Positions 9,580-16,900 of a DNA stretch of 64,000 bases are shown in pieces (the stretch's first letter is position 1; each line of letters begins with the position of its first letter). Both the position numbers and the translations under genes were made by a program. Origin of the DNA: Poseidonia sp. (GTDB lineage: Archaea; Thermoplasmatota; Poseidoniia; Poseidoniales; Poseidoniaceae); NCBI GenBank assembly GCA_049627345.1, contig JBMZXF010000005.1:2514-66513 (forward strand), written 5' to 3'. Below the pieces are notes generated by a model that worked only from the letters and a program-made list of their open reading frames with translations, was not told where the DNA came from and made no database searches.

Positions 9580-10310
9580 CCGGCCATTTTGAGCGCTTCG
9601 TCCATTGTCAACTCGCCGCATGCCACGCGCCGAGCGACCGCCAGCGAAAGGCTGAGGCGCCCCTTGGAGCGTTGACGGCTGATGCGCTGAAGGTTGCGAA
9701 GTTCGCCCTCGGTGACCTTCACGTCTCGTTGCTCATGGACGGGTTTTCCAGTCAGCATGGCGATTTTGATGGCCGCCGCACCGTGAGCGTGGCGAGGCTG
9801 CCCCGTGCTCGTGCGGTGTTCGTTGACGATCTCCACGTGATAGCCCATGGAAAGCATGCGATTGACCAACCGGTCGCGGTGCACGGGTGAGCCGTGGCCA
9901 ACCCGGACCAACACCTCCACCGGCCTGATGTCGTTGACCAGCTGAACCGTTGAATCGATGGCGTCGTCGATGGTTTCCATCTCTCTCTTGCCCAACACCA
10001 CGCCATCGGCGAGGAAGGCGAAGCCGGGTCGGGGCCCGGGGTCAACCCCCACGACCAGCCGTTTTGGAGGTGACTCAAGTTGACGTGAAAGCAACCACGT
10101 CGAGACCGTCGAGGCCACCGAATCCACGTCCACGGCCACACCACGGCCGCCCAACGAGGCCACTTCCTCCGGTGTTCCAAACCAGTAAGCGCCCTGCTCA
10201 ACGGGTTGTGAGGGAGAAATCTGCTTGACCGGGAGATTCCGTTGCGTGAATTCACTCAGCAGCCGGTGAGCCAACCGAAAGTCATCCGTCCGGACGTAAA
10301 GCGGCTTCAC
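9558..10310 (-). CDS. RNase H-fold (RuvC/YqgF-like, DUF460/COG2433-type) putative nuclease
   Basis: GTG start at 10310. LVVGVDPGPRPGFAFLADG resembles the first beta-hairpin and acidic residue of RuvC/YqgF-fold proteins; also VNEHRTS...HAHGAAAIKIA. The C-terminal helical region is basic. The family call is from memory. Confidence 0.6.
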   Translation of the reverse strand: MKPLYVRTDDFRLAHRLLSEFTQRNLPVKQISPSQPVEQGAYWFGTPEEVASLGGRGVAVDVDSVASTVSTWLLSRQLESPPKRLVVGVDPGPRPGFAFLADGVVLGKREMETIDDAIDSTVQLVNDIRPVEVLVRVGHGSPVHRDRLVNRMLSMGYHVEIVNEHRTSTGQPRHAHGAAAIKIAMLTGKPVHEQRDVKVTEGELRNLQRISRQRSKGRLSLSLAVARRVACGELTMDEALKMAGHDASSS

Positions 10311-10435
10311 GCCTTTCTACAACCCACCCTCCCGTTCTAACCTATCGGTCGGCGTTCAGTCCCCCGCATGGAACTCGTTTTCCACTGCGCTGGCTCGCCG
10401 AAGTTATCAAGAACGATGGACATCGATGTCGGCCC

Positions 10436-11098
10436 ATGACGGGCGCTTACGAGCGTGAACTCAGGGAGGTGCTGGCTGGCACCGACAAAGGCGTTCACGC
10501 CGTCACCAAGAGTTGTTCCCCCGAAGAACAACAACGCATGGGTCGGGTGAAGGAGCGGCCCTTCCTCGTGGTCCGTGCGGCTGGCTCTGGCATGGAAGGA
10601 AGCGGGGACCTCGTGGCGCTGCGAGGCGACTGCTGCTTTCCCATCGAAGTCAAATCAACTCGGGCCGAGAAACTCTACTTCTCCGGGCGAACGAAGGACC
10701 AGTTGCTCGCCATGATACGAGAGGGTGAGCGGTCCGGTTTGATGCCGCTCTACGCCCATCGGAGGAAGGGTGTTCGAGGCGACTCATGGCGAATTTTCCG
10801 CGTGGAGACCGAAGGCTTGACCGGGACACTGGCACGCTTGGCGACGATGATTCCTTCGCTCCCACTCACACGAACCGGTTCGCCGTTTATCGATTGGGAA
10901 CAAGGCATGCCGCTGAATCGATTCATCGGCTTGCTGTGTTCGCCCGAGGGGGAAACGGCTCCGCTGCGCGCCTTGAGCAAGCGGGCGTCGAACCAACGGA
11001 CCACGATGGCGGAGAATGAAGACCAAAGCACCGACGACATTTTGGCTGAACTCGCCCGCCGTCGCTCTACGTTGCTGCCGTTCACAGGTACGGAATGA
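10436..11098 (+). CDS. hjc: Hjc-type Holliday junction resolvase-like PD-(D/E)XK nuclease with ~90-aa C-terminal extension
   Basis: GAYERELREVLAG..., FLVVRAAGSG..., GDLVALRGDCCFPIEVKST matches the Hjc E...GS...D...E-x-K arrangement. At 220 aa it is well above the ~130 aa of canonical Hjc. Confidence 0.75.
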   Translation: MTGAYERELREVLAGTDKGVHAVTKSCSPEEQQRMGRVKERPFLVVRAAGSGMEGSGDLVALRGDCCFPIEVKSTRAEKLYFSGRTKDQLLAMIREGERSGLMPLYAHRRKGVRGDSWRIFRVETEGLTGTLARLATMIPSLPLTRTGSPFIDWEQGMPLNRFIGLLCSPEGETAPLRALSKRASNQRTTMAENEDQSTDDILAELARRRSTLLPFTGTE

Positions 11099-12539
11099 CC
11101 ATCGTGAACAGGAGCATCATGAGCAAGACCAGCGATGAATAGCTGGAGGCTCGGGTCGAAAGATGGTCAACCCACATGGGATGCAAGTCCCACAGTTTGA
11201 GTTTCCGACCCACACGTTTCACCCCGCTCAGGAAGGCGTGCAACATGTCCCGAAGCATGTGGCCCCCGTCAAACGGCACCATGGGGATGAGGTTGGTGAA
11301 CCCCAGCAGGATGTTGACCCACATCAGCCAAAACAGCAGGTGGGTCAGGAACATCAGCACGTCCGTTCCAAGCAGACCACCGACCAGGCCGTCGCCCGCC
11401 ACCATCAAGGCCTCTTCAAAGGGGTGAATGGCCACGCCGCCCATCTCGAACGGAATCAGCAAAATGGTGAGAATGTGAAACGGCAGGGAAAGTGCACGCT
11501 GGCCCCACGTTCCCTCGAAACGCGGCGACAGAGGACCGGCCAGGCGGTCGATACCGGCCGTGCCTTCTGACAGACCCTCCACCCCAAGGAAGGGGTCGCC
11601 AGGTTCGACCTCGAGGTTGGCGAGGACCTCTTCGCTCCAGCCAAGATCAAGGTAGTACTGGTGTTTGTCACCGAAGGTGGCCTGGAGGGTTTCGCGCGTC
11701 CCGTTTTGATGAATGACCACCATGTCAACGGTGTCGTTGCTTGAGTACGCAGACAGGATGGTTCGGAAATCTTCCGTGGTGTGAACGGGCTGGCCGTCGA
11801 TGGAGACCAGCGTGTCCCACGGTTGCATGCCGGCTTGGTCCGCACCGCCGTCAAGCACGACGCCCTGAACATGGATGTACTCTTCGTCGGCCACCAGCTG
11901 CGTCGCAAGACCGCCGAGCAGCAGAAACATGACGAACGCCGCAAAGAGGTTGGTCGCCGGTCCCGCAGCAAACATCCGCAAACGTTCCCGCCGAGGGGCA
12001 CGCATCAACTCGTCCGACTGAGGCTCGGCGAACGCACCGAGTGGCAGCGGTCCGAGTTGAAGCAGACCGAACGAGCGGACGCGCATGCCGTGGCCTCGGG
12101 CCAGCAGCCCGTGGCCGAATTCGTGAATCACCAAGGACACGACGAAGGCCACGACGCCCCAACCGAGGGGAATGACCGGATTGATGCCGGGCACAGCAAC
12201 GAGTTCACTGGCCGACGGAGGGGTGGCGGTGGGCGGTGAGATCAGCGAAGTGATGAAGGCCAACAACACGACCAGGCCAACCACCAACATGGACACCGAA
12301 CAGACCCACAACGAAACCTCACCGTAGGCTCTCCAAAACGAACGGGGGCGTGCCATCCAGTCGAGGAAGCGTTGCCCGCGCTGGGTGCGAACCATCAGCA
12401 CGATGCCGAGGGCGCGGGTGGCGTTCCAACGGTCGAGGGTCCCGTTTCGCTCCCATGTTTTGATGAGAACATACCAGCCGATGAGCAGGGCGAACAACAC
12501 GGTCCAGTCGGCCTGAACCGACCCCCAACTGCCCACCAT
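11082..12539 (-). CDS. Site-2 protease family (M50) membrane metalloprotease with PDZ domain
   Basis: HEFGHGLLARGHGM (HExxH), a PDZ-like stretch VQGVVLDGGADQAGMQPWDTLVSIDGQPV, a second M50 motif NLIPMVPFDGGHML, and multiple TM helices. Start taken at ATG 12539 (MVGSWG...). The track extension to 12770 is R/S/T/W-rich and looks non-coding. Confidence 0.85.
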   Translation of the reverse strand: MVGSWGSVQADWTVLFALLIGWYVLIKTWERNGTLDRWNATRALGIVLMVRTQRGQRFLDWMARPRSFWRAYGEVSLWVCSVSMLVVGLVVLLAFITSLISPPTATPPSASELVAVPGINPVIPLGWGVVAFVVSLVIHEFGHGLLARGHGMRVRSFGLLQLGPLPLGAFAEPQSDELMRAPRRERLRMFAAGPATNLFAAFVMFLLLGGLATQLVADEEYIHVQGVVLDGGADQAGMQPWDTLVSIDGQPVHTTEDFRTILSAYSSNDTVDMVVIHQNGTRETLQATFGDKHQYYLDLGWSEEVLANLEVEPGDPFLGVEGLSEGTAGIDRLAGPLSPRFEGTWGQRALSLPFHILTILLIPFEMGGVAIHPFEEALMVAGDGLVGGLLGTDVLMFLTHLLFWLMWVNILLGFTNLIPMVPFDGGHMLRDMLHAFLSGVKRVGRKLKLWDLHPMWVDHLSTRASSYSSLVLLMMLLFTMVIPYL

Positions 12540-12651
12540 GAGCCAGCCACGCGCTGTTCCGTCTTGAACATTGATACCGCTGCAAGGCAGGTCCGCGGGA
12601 CAAACCTTGATGATGGGTTGGCATCGCTTGTGTTGCATGCACCCCCACAAC

Positions 12652-13155
12652 ATGGCGATTGAGGTTTGGTGTGAGGAGACCTGGGGCGAGCGACCGGTTC
12701 GCGTCTCTGACTGGGCCAACCATGACGACGTCGTCCAAGTCCTCATTCGCCTTTCGGCCAGTGTTCTCATCGCTGATTTTCTGCTCGACAGCGACGGCTC
12801 GTTGTTGATTCAGCAGCACCTCCATATCCCCCTTGAGACATGGAACCCCGGGTCCATTCAAGGCATTCGAACGAGCGATGGGAAAACACGGTTCCAACAT
12901 CGCCGACAAAGCATCTACCTGTCGAGTGAGCTGCGCGTCCCCGAATGGGGGGCTGCGCTCCTTGAGGAGTGGTTAATGAGCATGCGAAGTGCGGTGAACC
13001 GACCCAAGGACCGAACACAACGCATCAACGAAATGAAGCGGATGAAACTCTCTGTTGAACGAAATTTGGAAAGCGCATCGCTGTCAAAGGTCAACGACGA
13101 GCGGATTTCACTCGACGCCAAATTGGACCGCATTGACTCGCGATTAGCGAACTGA
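12652..13155 (+). CDS. Hypothetical protein with C-terminal coiled coil (start uncertain)
   Basis: Third-position GC is about 68% in this frame, similar to confident genes. Protein-like sequence (VVQVLIRLSASVLIADFLL...) ending in the heptad-like NEMKRMKLSVERNLESASLSKVNDERISLDAKLDRIDSRLAN. Alternative starts: TTG 12571 and ATG 12975. No family recognised. Confidence 0.4.
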   Translation: MAIEVWCEETWGERPVRVSDWANHDDVVQVLIRLSASVLIADFLLDSDGSLLIQQHLHIPLETWNPGSIQGIRTSDGKTRFQHRRQSIYLSSELRVPEWGAALLEEWLMSMRSAVNRPKDRTQRINEMKRMKLSVERNLESASLSKVNDERISLDAKLDRIDSRLAN

Positions 13156-13782
13156 GTCCTGCATCGTCGTGTCCACACCGGGGAACTGATCTTCACCTTC
13201 TCGGTAGACCGTTCGCATGTTGCTGATGAAGTTCTTCTCCTTCACCACGATGGTGTAGTTCCGGATACCGTAGTCCTTCTCGCCGTCCATCATTTCGAGC
13301 AAGACCTGGAGGGTCAAACGAGCGCCCTCACGGTGCGGGTAGGCGAAGACGCCCATGGAAATCGGCGGTGAAACGACCGACGAAACGTCGCCCATCTCTT
13401 CGATGGTGGCGAACAGGTTCGCATAGGTTTCAGCGAGAAGTTCACGGCGGGATTCATCCTGATTCGGGCGACGGCAGTCCGGTCCGACCGCGTGAATGAT
13501 GTGCTTGTAGTTGGATTCGAGCGCAAACGGTTCGGTGACGACGTTCTTGGTAACGGCGCACGGAGGGGCGTTGATCTTGCGCATGTCCAGGCAGATGTTG
13601 CGCGTGACCTGTGTCAGTTCCTTGCCCGCTTTTTGGTGAATCATCGCGTCCAAGCCTTCGCGCCCCGAGAGACGGTTGTTGGCAGGCGTGATGAGGACAT
13701 CACCGCTGTGGTTCCAAACATCGCCACCCATCACGCGGAGGACACCGTGCTTGCACGTTCGTGCCATGTAGAGTTCGGCCAT
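13144..13782 (-). CDS. Macro domain protein (ADP-ribose binding / O-acetyl-ADP-ribose deacetylase family)
   Basis: VLITPANNRLSGREGLDAMIHQKAG, HIIHAVGPD, SSVVSPPISMGVFAYP match the macro-domain N-x-x-L-x-G-G-x-G, HxVGP and ISTGxxGxP boxes. Confidence 0.85.
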   Translation of the reverse strand: MAELYMARTCKHGVLRVMGGDVWNHSGDVLITPANNRLSGREGLDAMIHQKAGKELTQVTRNICLDMRKINAPPCAVTKNVVTEPFALESNYKHIIHAVGPDCRRPNQDESRRELLAETYANLFATIEEMGDVSSVVSPPISMGVFAYPHREGARLTLQVLLEMMDGEKDYGIRNYTIVVKEKNFISNMRTVYREGEDQFPGVDTTMQDSVR

Positions 13783-13805
13783 CAGTCCGGAGATGAGGCG
13801 ACCCT

Positions 13806-13817
13806 ACATATTATCTA
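13806..13817 (-). promoter_or_regulatory. TATA-like box for the macro-domain gene (near-leaderless)
   Basis: ACATATTATCTA is the only AT-rich block in the 137-bp divergent spacer. It lies 24-35 nt upstream of the ATG at 13782. Confidence 0.3.
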
Positions 13818-13890
13818 CGCCGGATTCCGATGAACCACCCTAAATCGCAGGGGTCGGGCCGGCGGAGCCGGTTGCCGTGAAAGCGATACG

Positions 13891-13900
13891 GCTAAAATGA
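13891..13900 (+). promoter_or_regulatory. TATA-like box for the giant PA14/LamG gene (near-leaderless)
   Basis: GCTAAAATGA is centred about 24 nt upstream of the ATG at 13920. Confidence 0.3.
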
Positions 13901-13919
13901 CGCTCTCGGTGCAGACAAC

Positions 13920-16900
13920 ATGTCGACGAAGGCGGCGAGCATCGCTTTCGTCGGGCTTCTGTTGCTGTCGCTTGTTCCGCCAAGCCCCGCAGCAACCTCC
14001 CCGAGTTCCTCGTCGCTCAGCCTCGGCGAAGAAGGGATGTTTCACGGGTTTCTGGTCGGGGAACAAACCGATGTGTGGAACCAGACGCCATGGCCTTCCA
14101 TCGCCGTGCCCGAGGGGTTCACGTACGAAAGCGTGATCGACTACAGCGATGTTGGCGTCCTCATCAACAACCTCTCAGAAGAAAGTCAGACCATCGGGTG
14201 GGCGTTCGTTGCAGCGAGAAACATCTCCCTCGATCGCGTGTTCGTGTTCAATCAATCCGGAACGCCCACCGGGGAGACCGTTAATCGAAATCAGTTCAAC
14301 ACGTACTTCGCGACGCCCTTCCTCGAGATGCTCCAAAACCGGAGCTCGGTGAACAGCCTCAACTACCTCGTGACGACCAAAGGCATACCGCTTCGTGTTT
14401 CGGGCGGCAACGACAAGGCCAGCTTCGACCAAGAATTGTCCCTTCTCGGTGGGGCGTACAACAGCACCATCGGTGCCAATTACTGGGGGACGCACGACTA
14501 CGGACCGCTGGCCGGCAAAGCCATGGAGCCTTTCACCCGAAGCAAGTACGGCTTCTTTCTGGTCACTCGCCTCACGGGCTACACGGTTGAAACGGCCCTC
14601 GACCTCATCGAACGCGCCAACCAAAGCCTCGGCAACCAGGGCACCTTCGTCCTTGACCTCGCCACCAACCGAAACAACTCCGGCTACAAGTTTTGGAACG
14701 ACGACCTCTACACGGCGAACACCACGCTCAGCAGCATGGGCGTGCCCGTGCTGTTCGACGAAGAGACGGAATTCATCACCAACGTCTCCAACGTGATGGG
14801 GTACGCCTCGTGGGGCAGCAACGACGGAAATTGGAACCGGAACTACTTGCCCAACAGCGGTTTTGACACCCTCGACGCCACCTGGCAGAGCGGTTCTCGC
14901 TATTGGAACCACACCTCACCGACGATTGCCCCCGAGGACAATTTCACATGGACCTACCAAACCGACACCAAGCAAGGTGGAAACGGCGCGTTTGAGGCCA
15001 GCCTTCGCACCGATTGCGACCAAGACGGTGGAAAAGGGATGCAAGGCATCTACGGCGAGTACTTTGACAACGATGGCGTGAGTTTCAGTGCCGCCAGCAT
15101 GCCCTCGCTCATCGACCGGCATCCCGATCGTGTCCAAATCGAGCCGCAGCTGAACCGAGGGGCCTCCAACAACGCCTACCCCGGCCTTGACGACCGGTTC
15201 AAGCAGCATTGGGGTGCGCGTTTCAGCGGACTGATCGATGTGCCCCATGCAGGCAACTGGACCTTCTTCATCAACTCGGATGACGGATCGGAAGTTTGGG
15301 TCAACGGTCAGTCCTTGGCCACCAACTACGGCATGCACGGCATGCAAGAACGGTCCGGTTCTGTCAACCTCACCGCAGGGCTGCATGATTTCCGCATTGA
15401 ATTCTTTCAGGGCGGCGGACCCCACGGGTTGATTTTTTCATGGCAGGGGCCGAATACACCGAAGGCTGTTATCCCCTCATCCGCCTTCTACGTCGCATCC
15501 GACAAGGCGCCAAAGGCGTCCAACCTCGTCCACCACTGGTCGTTTGAAGATGGGAGCGGGGCAACCGCAGTGGACAACGGTACCGACCAAGCCAACCTCT
15601 CGCTCAGCGGCATGGACAACACCAACTGGCGAGCATGCCCCGATGGAGGATGCTTGTGGTTCGACGGCACCAACGATGTTGCGAGTGTGAACGTGGACGA
15701 TGTGGACGGAAACATGACCGTGAGCCAGTGGGTGTGGGCCAACACCACCTCACCCTCCAGTTATGCCTCCACCTTTGCCGTGAGCGACCAAGCCGGCGCC
15801 AACGCCTCCTTTCAGCACATGATTTCAAATCAGGAATGGCACCTTCACAACAACCAAACCAAAACCTTCGGCGATGTCATCGCTCAACGCTGGACCCATC
15901 TGGTCACCGTGTTTGACAACGGAGACCTTCGCCAGTACATGGATGGCGTCCTCGTCAGGGAAGACACGTACCCCAGCGGTTCGTTCACCAACGTTGACCT
16001 CTACAAGTTGGGTGTCAACCGAGCCGGCAGCGCCTATTTCGAAGGCATGATCGACGAGGTCATGGTCTGGGACGTGGCCCTTGAAGACCACGACATCACG
16101 GCCTTGCGACGGACCATCATCGACAACTGCACCTCCTACACGGGAGCGGGGGTTGGGGTGGCCACGCTCGAAACCTCGTTCGCCATTCCTGCCGACCTCG
16201 TGGACCATGCGTGGAACATCTACGTCTACGGCCAACGAGAAGGCGAGGTCAACGGCGCGTTCTCGCTCAGCGTTGATGGTGTTGACAGCACGGGTACCCT
16301 GCTCTCCACCAACACGTCCAATGCCAAGACCTTCACGACCTCGTGGGCCTACCAAACCATGCGAATGCGCCCTGCGGCTCAGGCCACAGCGTTGAACATC
16401 AAGGTGGTGCTCGACGTTGAGTCCACCTCCACCGTTGGTTCGCTCTACATTGATTCTGTCATTCTACGGGCCATCCGGCCCCACATGGACTGGGTCAACG
16501 GTTCCATTGCAGACACCGCTGTCTCCACGGGTGGACGTTCGTTCAACTGGGGCACAGCCTACGGACAATCCCTCGTTGCCGACCTGCTGGAAGATGGCGT
16601 ATCGGGGGTCAAAGGCTACGTCTACGAACCCTACCTGACGGCCGTCGGCTTGCCGAGCACCTTCATGCCGACCTATGCTTCTGGCTACAACTTGGCCGAA
16701 AGTCACGCCGCTGCCAACCTGTACACCGGATGGATGGCCGTGGTGGTCGGCGATCCAAAGATGGCCCCCTACGTCAGCACCCTTCACGATGTGAACATCG
16801 TTGCGGCTCGTTCGGTTGGCTTCGTCAACCTCGGCGAACCGACGACGATCGAAGTCATGGTCGAAAACCTCGGCATGGCGGCGTCCAACGGAACCCTGGA

